Shown: one piece after another, positions 1-8,867 of the stretch | Layout: each line of letters begins with the position of its first letter | Position numbering within the stretch: position 1 is the first letter of the stretch | Assembly (NCBI GenBank): GCA_963674825.1 | Contig: OY771587.1 | Span: forward strand, 992,001 to 1,056,000 | Source: Candidatus Cloacimonadales bacterium | GTDB taxonomy: Bacteria > Cloacimonadota > Cloacimonadia > Cloacimonadales > JAIOQZ01 | Direction of reading: 5' to 3' | Length of the DNA: 64,000 nucleotides | Translations under genes and position numbers: made by a program | The notes under the pieces: model-generated | Told to the model about the DNA's origin: nothing | Seen by the model: only the letters and a program-made list of their open reading frames with translations | The model's database searches: none

Positions 1-55
1 CAGATTACAGGAGAAGTTTTAGCATAAATGCGAGAGACGCGAGAAGGAGAATCGG

Positions 56-2038
56 ATGACTTGGCTATCGAGTAATGAATTGTGCGATATGTTGGATGTT
101 ACTCGGCCTGGTCTGTATAAAATCGCAAAGAAGCAGGCATGGTCGACAAAACAAGTCAAGATGGAGCACGGAGGTCATAGGAAGCTTTATGAGGTGCCAG
201 ACGATTATCTCGTAGAAAAGACAGGTCAGGTAACTCCGTTCCCTTCTCATGCGGAGTCATTGCCTGTGGCGATTGACGACTCAATCCCTGATTTGCGACC
301 CAAGATAGATATCCCCCTCGACCTGCAAGAGCAAGCTGAACTACGCGCCAGGCTATGCGAGTTAATCTTGGAAGAACTCGAGCAGTCGGAATCGCGCATG
401 GAGACGTGGGTGGCTATGACGGCGAGCTACAATGCCGGTGAGTTGCTTCCTGAGTTGTTCAAGCTTGAAGGTAAGCATGGAGAGCGTACGCTTCGACGTT
501 GGGTGAAGCAGTATGAAGCCGCGAGTAAGAGCAGCGAGGTGTTGATTCGAAGCCGCAAGCTTGGGCAGCCGGAACGAAACCTGACAGAAACTGAGCAGAA
601 CTTCCTGCTCCACCTGCTACTGACACCGAATCGCGTCTCGATTGGTTCGGCGATACGTAAGCTCAAGCAAATGGAAGCCCTCGACAAACTTGAAACTCCC
701 GCCAGCAAGCCAACTCTTCGTCGTTGGTGCGAGGAGTGGCGCGACAGCCACAAGCCCGAATGGAACCTGCTCCGCAACGGTAAGAAGTCGCTCAAAGAGA
801 CTGGCATCCAAAGCATTCTTCGCAGTGACGAGCTCGAGGTCGGCGACGTATGGGTGGCAGACGGTCACAAGCTCGCCTTCGACATCATCGATCCGGCTAC
901 CGGAAAGCCCAGACGCATGACAATGATCATGTTCTTCGACTGGGCTTCCCGTTACCCGGTAGGAGCGTCGCTGGCGGTCTCGGAAGACTCTCAGCATGTG
1001 TTACTGGCTCTCAGAAACAGCATCATGCATTGGGGCGGCAGACCGAAGTACGTGTATCTCGACAATGGCAAGGCGTTCCGGAGCAAACTGTTCAACAAGC
1101 AGTGGGAGAAGCACGACCTCAGCAAGGAGTTGGAAGGCATCTTCCCGCGACTGGGCATCGGGGTAGCCTTCGCCAAAGCCTACAACGCGCGTGCGAAGGT
1201 GGTTGAGAGGTTTTTCCGAACCTTTCAGGATGATTTCGAGCGATACATGACTACCTTCCGGGGCGGCTCGATTGACGACAAACCTGCAACGCTCAAACGT
1301 AACGAGAAGTGGTTACGGAACATCTTCGCAGGAAAACCGCTGACGATTCCTCAGGCGAAGGCGATGATCGGGCTCTACATCGAGAAGATGTACGGACTGA
1401 CGCCGCATGGTGGCTTGAACAGCGCGAAACCCGCTGAGGTTTTTCACAACGCTATCGTGCCTGACGACCAGAAGATCGATCCTGCGAAGCTCAACTTCCT
1501 CATGCTCGCGGCGGCGAATCGCGTAGTGCATGCGTCCGGCGTCCGCTTCAGCAACGTGCTCTTCTGGCACGACTACCTGATTCAGCACATCGGCGACAGA
1601 GTCACCCTGCGCTACGACCTGATGGACATGCGCTCGGTGCTGGTTTACGACGCGAAAAACCGCTTCATTTGCCAGGCGGAAGCGCGTCGTCACCAGCATC
1701 CATTCATCCATCTCGCCAAGGACAAGCCGCAAGCACAGAAGGCCCTCCAGAAGGAACTGCAGAGCATTCGCAAGCTCGAGAAGAACGCGCAGGAGTCATC
1801 CGAAGCCATCCTGCTCAAGGTCAACGAAGCCGTCGGCCAGATACAGCAACCGATGACCGAAGAGATTGGCGAGATATTCGCAAACCAGCCGCTGATCGAG
1901 CAGCCGAAGCCGGAATTTACCATCGACGACATCGTGAAGGCGTCGGCTGAGGGTGAGAACATCCAGCTTGATACAAAGCCTCGCGAGGATGAAGAGCTCA
2001 ACTTTGAAGAACTGATGAAAGCAATAGGAATAGGATAG
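56..2038 (+). CDS. Mu-like DDE transposase (MuA/TnsB family)
   Basis: N-terminal HTH; catalytic-like motifs WVADGH, YLDNGKAF, KVVERFF; C-terminal RYDLMD beta-domain; GGAGA RBS. Confidence 0.93.
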   Translation: MTWLSSNELCDMLDVTRPGLYKIAKKQAWSTKQVKMEHGGHRKLYEVPDDYLVEKTGQVTPFPSHAESLPVAIDDSIPDLRPKIDIPLDLQEQAELRARLCELILEELEQSESRMETWVAMTASYNAGELLPELFKLEGKHGERTLRRWVKQYEAASKSSEVLIRSRKLGQPERNLTETEQNFLLHLLLTPNRVSIGSAIRKLKQMEALDKLETPASKPTLRRWCEEWRDSHKPEWNLLRNGKKSLKETGIQSILRSDELEVGDVWVADGHKLAFDIIDPATGKPRRMTMIMFFDWASRYPVGASLAVSEDSQHVLLALRNSIMHWGGRPKYVYLDNGKAFRSKLFNKQWEKHDLSKELEGIFPRLGIGVAFAKAYNARAKVVERFFRTFQDDFERYMTTFRGGSIDDKPATLKRNEKWLRNIFAGKPLTIPQAKAMIGLYIEKMYGLTPHGGLNSAKPAEVFHNAIVPDDQKIDPAKLNFLMLAAANRVVHASGVRFSNVLFWHDYLIQHIGDRVTLRYDLMDMRSVLVYDAKNRFICQAEARRHQHPFIHLAKDKPQAQKALQKELQSIRKLEKNAQESSEAILLKVNEAVGQIQQPMTEEIGEIFANQPLIEQPKPEFTIDDIVKASAEGENIQLDTKPREDEELNFEELMKAIGIG

Positions 2039-2050
2039 GGAGGTACATAC

Positions 2051-2785
2051 ATGAGAGAGAGAATTTTAGCGGAAACCGAAAACGTGCGCGGGGCGAAGAA
2101 ATGCATCGCCTACCTGCAGGACCGCCCGAAGACCGAGATGGTCGGGCTGGGGCTGCTCTATGGTGCGCCGGGACTGGGCAAGACCCGCTTCGCCAAGCGA
2201 CTCGCCTACACCAACGACTACATATACTTGAGGCTGGAAGCCTCGATGACGGCGAAGGTGTTCGCGCGCGAGCTGCTTCGCCTACTGCACTACCGGTACG
2301 ACGTCTCGGACGAAGGCTATCATGGCTCGACGAGTACGCTGTTTCGTCGTTGCATCGACCTGTTGCAATCGCACCCGGAAGCTGTGGTTATCATCGATGA
2401 AATCGACTACGCCTTCAACCAGCCGATGCTGCTCGGTTCGATTCGAGACATCGTGGACGAGACGCTGGCCATTGTGGTGCTGGTCGGCATGAAGGACGCG
2501 AAAGAGAAGCTGCTCAAAGCCAACGCGCACTACTTCGACCGGTGCAACTATTTCTACGAATTCAAAAAGTTGTCACGAGAGGATGTCGATCTTGTCTGTA
2601 AAGCCGTCTCCGAGGTGAAGATGCGCTCCGACTTGGTGACGTACATTCACAAGACAACCCACGGTAACTTCCGTCGGATCATCAAAATATTTGAGGTTGT
2701 CGAGAAGGTAGCCGCCGCCAAGCAGCTTACTGAAGTATCGCTTAACGATCTGCAAGAAACGCAGGAGCTGAAGAATGCGTCCTAA
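2051..2785 (+). CDS. MuB-like AAA+ transposition ATPase
   Basis: Walker A GAPGLGKT, Walker B IIDEID; directly downstream of transposase; GGAGG RBS. Confidence 0.9.
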   Translation: MRERILAETENVRGAKKCIAYLQDRPKTEMVGLGLLYGAPGLGKTRFAKRLAYTNDYIYLRLEASMTAKVFARELLRLLHYRYDVSDEGYHGSTSTLFRRCIDLLQSHPEAVVIIDEIDYAFNQPMLLGSIRDIVDETLAIVVLVGMKDAKEKLLKANAHYFDRCNYFYEFKKLSREDVDLVCKAVSEVKMRSDLVTYIHKTTHGNFRRIIKIFEVVEKVAAAKQLTEVSLNDLQETQELKNAS

Positions 2786-3062
2786 CATTCCTGCCAGGCG
2801 CGTCATCGACCGCTTCGTCGAGTATCATAAGCGGCCTTTCACCGTGAAGGACGTCGCCAACGACACAGGACTTCACCCCAAGACTGTGCGCAATCTGCTG
2901 CCGCAACTGGTTCAAGCAGGCAGAATTCGTGTACTGATGCGGGAGCAAGCCGGAAACATCTACGGCAAACCTGTCGCCATCGGCAAGCAGAGAAGCGCAA
3001 TTAGGCTTTATTGGACAGTATTGATGAAAAAACAGCTCGGGCTATTTCCATCGTATTATTGA
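2775..3062 (+). pseudogene. Phage early wHTH protein, C-terminally truncated by cargo
   Basis: wHTH-like FTVKDVANDTGLHPKTVRNLL; GC-rich sequence turns AT-rich at ~2995 and the frame runs into the 3' end of the antisense gene. Confidence 0.6.
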
Positions 3063-3812
3063 ATTCTTCGATGTTTGATCCATTTGTACGTTAATAAATT
3101 GGTCAATTTTATCAGGGTCAGGATTTTTACGATCAGGTTCTACTTGCTCATACCAGGTCTCCCAATTAGCAGGATCAAGAAAGGTAATCAGCCCAACCCC
3201 AAATTCATTGCAAAGGTCAATCAATTCATCAACCTGCTGTGTATTATCCTCTAATTGCACAACAAGGTAACTATAATGAGAGAAGAGAGAATGAGATGCC
3301 GTTTCAAAAACTCCGGTTTTATCTTTATGATAGCCTTTGGGTTTAACTTCAAAAGTTATTACTTCTATTGAGCGACCAATTTGATATTGATAGGATTTGA
3401 GGGCTACAATAGTAATATCTGGTCGCGACCATTTCCCACCGGTTCGTTTCCTACCTTGGTTAGCAGTAATCTCAATTACAAAATTCTTATCTAAGCGTTT
3501 GTCTTTCACCCAGTCCTGTGCAATCACTTTCTTAATATCCGGATACAGGTCTTTCTCAAGCTTTGCTTCGTGTTGGTCACTTTCTATGATTTCTACATCA
3601 GAATTTAAAGGTTCAGTGTCAACGAGTTTGGTAGCGCCTCCCTTGCCCCGTCCCATTGTTACTTTACCTTCGTCAATCAATTCATTTCTTGCTTCAAAGA
3701 ATGAATCAGGTGATATTTTAAGGTTTCTCTGCAGTGTAATATTTCCTATAATACCATCCGTTGACAGTCTCAGCTCATTCAGAATTCGCTGTTTGATATC
3801 ATTGATTTCCAT
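3042..3812 (-). CDS. wHTH + PD-(D/E)xK nuclease-like protein (candidate defence gene)
   Basis: N-terminal wHTH with GRGKGG wing; RPDITIV...FEVK motif; AT-rich and antisense to phage genes. Confidence 0.7.
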   Translation of the reverse strand: MEINDIKQRILNELRLSTDGIIGNITLQRNLKISPDSFFEARNELIDEGKVTMGRGKGGATKLVDTEPLNSDVEIIESDQHEAKLEKDLYPDIKKVIAQDWVKDKRLDKNFVIEITANQGRKRTGGKWSRPDITIVALKSYQYQIGRSIEVITFEVKPKGYHKDKTGVFETASHSLFSHYSYLVVQLEDNTQQVDELIDLCNEFGVGLITFLDPANWETWYEQVEPDRKNPDPDKIDQFINVQMDQTSKNSIIRWK

Positions 3813-3901
3813 AATCCCTTTCTCCTCTTCTATGTTTCAAGATGGATATTCATCGAACAATAATAATGTTGTCAAATCATTTAGGGTATGTACGCAATTT
3901 T

Positions 3902-4291
3902 ATGAATAGCTACCGACCGGATGAAATCGCGGGCTGCTTGAACGTCAACATCTCGACGGTCTACCGGTTGATCCGCGACTTCGACGACCCGCTTCCCGCG
4001 TTCCGCCTCAAGGCCAACGGACAGTTGCGCGTACACGGGCAGTCCCTCAAACAGTACGCCGACAATCCGCAGGACACCGCGCTGCAGTCGCTCGTATCGC
4101 TCCTCAAGCAGTACCAGAAGGAGCTCGAGCCGAGCAAGGACTTGATCGACTACATGAAGCGGTTCTTGGACTGGCAGATCGATTTCTACCACGCAAGGGG
4201 CGATGAAGCGACCGCGAAAGCCATTCAGCGGGAAATCCTCGGTGAGGACGGGCTCGTGGCCTATTTCATGAACCATATGACAGGAACGTAG
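3902..4291 (+). pseudogene. Chimeric ORF: excisionase-like HTH N-terminus fused to probable small terminase C-terminus
   Basis: MNSYRPDEIAGCLNVNISTVYRLI HTH, then an abrupt switch at ~4040 to helical SLKQYADNPQDTALQSLVSLL...; lies just before the terminase large-subunit remnant. Confidence 0.5.
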
Positions 4292-4303
4292 ATATGGGAT
4301 TAA

Positions 4304-5608
4304 CTATATCTCAAGCAATCTTTTGTATTTCTCGCGGTATTTATTGGGAATCCGATCAAAATCATAAAGCTGTAATGCATCCTTGAGCCGTTGCTTACAG
4401 TTTAGATAACTTTTAACCCGACTACTGATTAGATTATCTTCCTCAAGCAGGATAAAGATGAAACTTATTTCTGCAGGCGTAAACTGCTTTATCATTATCT
4501 CATAGTATATGACCGCAGCGAAAGAAACACCATACATATTTCCTATATAACATAGCATTACAGTTAGAACAAACTCCCTCTTTGCTGAATCAGGGATAGG
4601 AGTATTGCTTGTCAATTCCATAAGTCTTTGCGCAAATGGAGGTTCGTTATAAAAATTTTGGAATGCATGATGTACATTGTAGAGGTTTTTGCAAGCACTT
4701 GATATTATACTATGCTGCTCTGATGTATGCAATACTGATAACAGATTTAATTTCTCAAAAAATATTCTTGATGCTCTTTGTTTTTCTTCTTTTCCTTGAG
4801 CTTGATATTCAGAGTGCTGATTTACAAGCATCGAAATCACTTCATCAGTAAATTGCGTCTTCAGCCCCATACATATATTAAGAGAATTCATCCTAGTTGT
4901 TTCGTTCTCTTCAGAGTTACAATAAACACCATGAAGAGCTCTGAGAAGCATCTCTCTTTGAGCCGTGTATGTATTTTTGAATCGATCAATCCAGATAGAG
5001 ATCTGTTCAGAATCAAATCTGTCATTGCGAATTGCATCATAGAATGATTTTGCATCTATCCCTATAATATTAATCTCTTTTGAAAGCGCGTGCTTAGCAA
5101 TTCTATTCAGAAATGAAATGAACTCTCTATCGTTGAGCTGCCCCGTATTGGGGTGTGCTGCCGAGTAATTATTTCTAACTTCTCTGGATTGATTTAGGAA
5201 AAAGTACCCCTCTTCACTAATTAAATTCAACTCAAGACAAAGGTGCAGAAGATCATTGTCCCGCATTTCTAAAAGAGTTTTCTGATTAATATCCTTTTGG
5301 GTTATATCCTTTATAATATTGAGTCCAAAATTCTCCAATCTATCTCTTAGATAACGGATACCCGCATTCCAAGCATAGTTAATAGCTCCATCAAATAGCC
5401 CAACTGACACTGCAATACACATTTTAGCTATTAGCTCATTCCTTTGTCCTTCGGGTATTAATGCAAGTTCCCGAGGTAAACCTTGCCATGCATATGAGAT
5501 TTCCTCTCTGCTTGCTACATAATCTCTTAATACACTCAAATTACTAAGCACATGGTCAATATGTGGTAAAGTAACCTCTGTAATTGCTGGCAATGTAATA
5601 TCGCACAT
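4304..5608 (-). CDS. Uncharacterised 434-aa helical protein with HEPN-like RX6H motif
   Basis: Long AT-rich ORF with GGAGG RBS; REVRNNYSAAH motif; occupies the position of the terminase large-subunit gene. Confidence 0.6.
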   Translation of the reverse strand: MCDITLPAITEVTLPHIDHVLSNLSVLRDYVASREEISYAWQGLPRELALIPEGQRNELIAKMCIAVSVGLFDGAINYAWNAGIRYLRDRLENFGLNIIKDITQKDINQKTLLEMRDNDLLHLCLELNLISEEGYFFLNQSREVRNNYSAAHPNTGQLNDREFISFLNRIAKHALSKEINIIGIDAKSFYDAIRNDRFDSEQISIWIDRFKNTYTAQREMLLRALHGVYCNSEENETTRMNSLNICMGLKTQFTDEVISMLVNQHSEYQAQGKEEKQRASRIFFEKLNLLSVLHTSEQHSIISSACKNLYNVHHAFQNFYNEPPFAQRLMELTSNTPIPDSAKREFVLTVMLCYIGNMYGVSFAAVIYYEIMIKQFTPAEISFIFILLEEDNLISSRVKSYLNCKQRLKDALQLYDFDRIPNKYREKYKRLLEI

Positions 5609-5656
5609 TTTTCCTCCAATATTTACAAATCAGAAAAGCTTGTCTCTTGTCAAGCA

Positions 5657-5854
5657 AAACGCGTGGACACAGTCGTCGAGACCGGCAAGGTAGTCTTCCC
5701 GGACGGGCAGGATACGCCGACCCTCGTCAGTCAGTTTCTCACCTATCCGCAGGGCTATGTGGACGGCCCGGACGCCCTCGCGGGCTGCCTCGAACGCTTC
5801 CCCGAGTACGACACCGGCCGCAACAGAACCAGAGTTCGGAGCTTCCGGTTTTGA
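5657..5854 (+). pseudogene. Terminase large subunit, C-terminal remnant
   Basis: QFLTYPQGYVDGPDALAG resembles the terminase RNase H C-terminal motif; no ATPase domain, only ~65 codons remain. Confidence 0.75.
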
Positions 5855-6729
5855 CCTATTTCGACCGTGTGATGCTCGAGTATTACCGTGTCCTCAACAA
5901 TGCCTGGCAGCGCGAGGTGCGCGAGTCGGCGACGCAGGCCATCAGGGCGTTGTCCGACATCCCTCGTCACGAGAGGCTCAATCGCACCCATATCGACGAC
6001 GTTCTCGCCGTGATCGACTCCAACCTCGGCGAGGATTTTTCGTCCGCTGTGCGCGCTGAAACGAAGGCGTACATTCAGCGGTGCATGCTGCTGGGCCTGA
6101 ACGACGCGCAGAAGCAGGTTCCGCACAACACCCGCATCGGCTTGTACGGCGCACGAGAGAAGCGGCTCGAGACCGTCATCACCCGCCAGAACCTGTTCTG
6201 GATCGGCGAACGCTACGGCACGGACATCTCGCAGAAGTTCCGTTCCACACTTACCGAAGCCGTAGCCTCCGGCTACACGAAGAAGATGCTGCAAGAGCAA
6301 CTCGCGGAGCAGTTCAAGGACTTGGGCGCGAAGTCGCAGCACTATTGGCAGGGGTTGGCGGAGCACACCGCGCTCCGAATCCGCGAGTTCGGCAGGCTGG
6401 AGGGGTATCGCAAGGCTGGCGCGAAGTACTACCGACTAATGGTTGTGCTCGATGATCGCACGTCGGATATCTGCCGCGCCCTCGCCGCGCAGAACAAGGT
6501 GTATCCGCTTTCCGACGCGCTCGAGGTGATGGAAGACTTGCTGGCCATCGATCCCAAGCAGCATAGCCTCGAGTCGGCGCGAGAACGCACGAAGGAGCTT
6601 GCGCCGTGGGTCAGCGAAGACATGATAGAACGAAACGCCAGCGGCAAGCCCACGGGCGTCTCAGGAAGCCATACGCCCTTCCCACCATTCCACTGGAAGT
6701 GCCGGACCGGGACGGAGGTGGTTGTTTAG
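5851..6729 (+). CDS. Phage minor head/head morphogenesis protein (Mu gpF / SPP1 gp7 family)
   Basis: DDRTSDIC and PPFHWKCRT motifs; TTG start overlaps the terminase stop. Confidence 0.85.
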   Translation: MTYFDRVMLEYYRVLNNAWQREVRESATQAIRALSDIPRHERLNRTHIDDVLAVIDSNLGEDFSSAVRAETKAYIQRCMLLGLNDAQKQVPHNTRIGLYGAREKRLETVITRQNLFWIGERYGTDISQKFRSTLTEAVASGYTKKMLQEQLAEQFKDLGAKSQHYWQGLAEHTALRIREFGRLEGYRKAGAKYYRLMVVLDDRTSDICRALAAQNKVYPLSDALEVMEDLLAIDPKQHSLESARERTKELAPWVSEDMIERNASGKPTGVSGSHTPFPPFHWKCRTGTEVVV

Positions 6730-6802
6730 GGGATTTTATGGAATGGAGTTGGACCTACGAGGAAAACTGGCTTGGCGGCCAGTTTTCGGTGTTTGTGGGG
6801 GA

Positions 6803-7093
6803 TTATTCTGAATGGGGGTCGGTGAAGTCTGCAGCGTTTTCAGGTGCGTTCATGAAATCGGCTACGTCCTGCCGGGTGGCTTCCCAGTTGAGGATGCGGC
6901 CCGTCTCGATGTCGATTTCAAGGTTGATGTAATCACCCCAGTGCTGCTCCGGCATGAACTCCGGCACCGGGCCGTCGTAGTTCTTCATCGCTTCGCCGTT
7001 TTCGCCCGTGAAAAAAGCTCTCATGCTGCCTGAAATCTTTGCGTTGATGATCATCGTCTTCGGGGTGGTCTCTGTGGTCTTTTTCGTCTCCAT
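6803..7093 (-). CDS. Small phage-type hypothetical protein
   Basis: AAGGAG RBS before METKK; GDYINLEIDIETGRILNW motif; GC-rich like the phage backbone; TTGACT upstream on the minus strand. Confidence 0.7.
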   Translation of the reverse strand: METKKTTETTPKTMIINAKISGSMRAFFTGENGEAMKNYDGPVPEFMPEQHWGDYINLEIDIETGRILNWEATRQDVADFMNAPENAADFTDPHSE

Positions 7094-7322
7094 CGTAGTC
7101 TCCTTTGTGCTCCTAAGTATGTCTCTACGATAAAGATCGCGCACAGGAAGTCAAGTCCTTAAGACGGCATAAATGTTATTTTTTGTGTGATTTAGCGGGT
7201 TGTAAAGGGATCATATAGACGCGGTGTATCAAGAAGTTTCGTACAGAGGCAAAAGTGTGGCTTCAACAAAAAAGCCATTTATCGGCAAGATGAATTTGAT
7301 TCTATTTCATGACAGTCACCTT

Positions 7323-8855
7323 TTATAATATCTCAGAATCTTCAGATGCTTGCCTGACACCGAATACAGGCATGTTTTTCCCCAAATATTCCACATCAAG
7401 TTTTCCTAATTGATACTTGATAGTATCTCTCATTCTACGTGCTCTATCGAGACAATAATGCTTGAAATCGCGAGTACTTATGTCGCTTGCACTTCGTACA
7501 TGTGGAAACAACAATTTCAAATACGCTGTCGCAATACGCTTGACAGCTTCTGTGTCACGAGTGTCTGCTGCCATTGGAACTTCAACAAGTTCATCAACAA
7601 TGGTGCGATAACTTGTATCATCGCGCAATTCATGCATAATCGAGCAGTAGTATTCTGAGTTTATCGCCCATCCTGAAATTTTCAGATCATCATTCATTCT
7701 GGGAATGTTCCAACCTTTTATAAATCCGTGGAAACGTTCGACTAAAGCTGACTCATGAAACACGGAAGGCAATTCCTCGAACATATTTCCGTAACCATCC
7801 TCATCCATCGTTTCCTTTTTAATATTGCCACAAAGAATAACGCCTGATTCAGCAATTCCTTCATAGTTTCCGACTGTGAATATTCCTGACTCAAGATAAC
7901 CTTTTAAAGCAGCGCGCATCTCATCAATATCTGAAAATGATATCGTCTGGACTTCATCAAGAGTTATAAAATCGTTTCCAGACACTAAGCCTTCAACCCG
8001 CTTATTTTGGTCATAGAACATTTTTGCACGACTCATTATGCCTCCACTTGAAAGCCATCCAAAACGGCTTACTCGGCCAAATAAATACGACTTGCCAGTT
8101 CCTTTAGGGGCTAGCTCAATAAGATTCAAGCGCTTCTCTATGAATGGGAGCAAACGAGTAAGCATCGTGAGTTTCTTCTCTTCAGGTTCAACACCGTTTA
8201 TGTAATCACTTGGGTTATCAGTTTCAAGAGAATACCCGCTCGCGTTGTAGTCAACTGCTCCAAGCAGTATGTCTATCCATTCTGAGGTGGAGAATTCACG
8301 TCGTGCATCTTTGAAATAGTCAATATCAATTGTGTATGGACAGAAAGATTTAAAAGCTGTCAGCTTAATTTTTCCACGATTCGCACTTCTCGCTTTGTTG
8401 CTGGAAAACTCCATATCGAAACAGTCTGGTGAACGATAACCTATCTCAAGCATTCCCCAGGTTTCACGTCCCCGAACTAAGTCTTCTTTGCAATATTGCC
8501 ATACAGAATCCTCGATAATTGTGTCTTTGCTTGTCAGCCCAAAGTCTGGTAACGCAAACGATACCTCACCTGTTCTGATATCAATGTCAATCGCAACCTT
8601 AGCAAGAAACTTCACCCTCTCGTGTTCGATAATAACTTTGTTTTTTATCGCTATCCAGTCATCCTTACGCGGCAGATATGTTCGAACAAAGCTTAACAAC
8701 TCATCTGAGTCGAAATGACCATTAGCGTCCTCGAACCTTTTCAGAAGCCAATCACGCATAAATGAAGGCAGGCTTAAAGCAGAAAAGAAATTGCTCTTCT
8801 TGAGATCTTTATATACTACCATTTCATCAAAGCAGTTCCTGAGCTTATCAATCAT
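7323..8855 (-). CDS. brxL: BREX BrxL AAA+ ATPase (short form, no evident Lon protease domain)
   Basis: LIELAPKGTGKS Walker A, LDEVQ Walker B, ALKGYLESG, ERFHGFIKGWNIPR; last gene of the BREX operon. Confidence 0.9.
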   Translation of the reverse strand: MIDKLRNCFDEMVVYKDLKKSNFFSALSLPSFMRDWLLKRFEDANGHFDSDELLSFVRTYLPRKDDWIAIKNKVIIEHERVKFLAKVAIDIDIRTGEVSFALPDFGLTSKDTIIEDSVWQYCKEDLVRGRETWGMLEIGYRSPDCFDMEFSSNKARSANRGKIKLTAFKSFCPYTIDIDYFKDARREFSTSEWIDILLGAVDYNASGYSLETDNPSDYINGVEPEEKKLTMLTRLLPFIEKRLNLIELAPKGTGKSYLFGRVSRFGWLSSGGIMSRAKMFYDQNKRVEGLVSGNDFITLDEVQTISFSDIDEMRAALKGYLESGIFTVGNYEGIAESGVILCGNIKKETMDEDGYGNMFEELPSVFHESALVERFHGFIKGWNIPRMNDDLKISGWAINSEYYCSIMHELRDDTSYRTIVDELVEVPMAADTRDTEAVKRIATAYLKLLFPHVRSASDISTRDFKHYCLDRARRMRDTIKYQLGKLDVEYLGKNMPVFGVRQASEDSEIL

Positions 8856-8867
8856 TCTTTGCTCTCC

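Noticed and set aside
56..2785. Tn7/CAST tnsB-tnsC
   Set aside because: No tniQ/tnsD or cas genes; linked phage head and tail genes indicate a Mu-like phage
2997..3899. CGCAATT direct repeat flanking the first cargo as a target-site duplication
   Set aside because: Only 7 bp, phage DNA is lost rather than duplicated, and other inserts lack an equivalent
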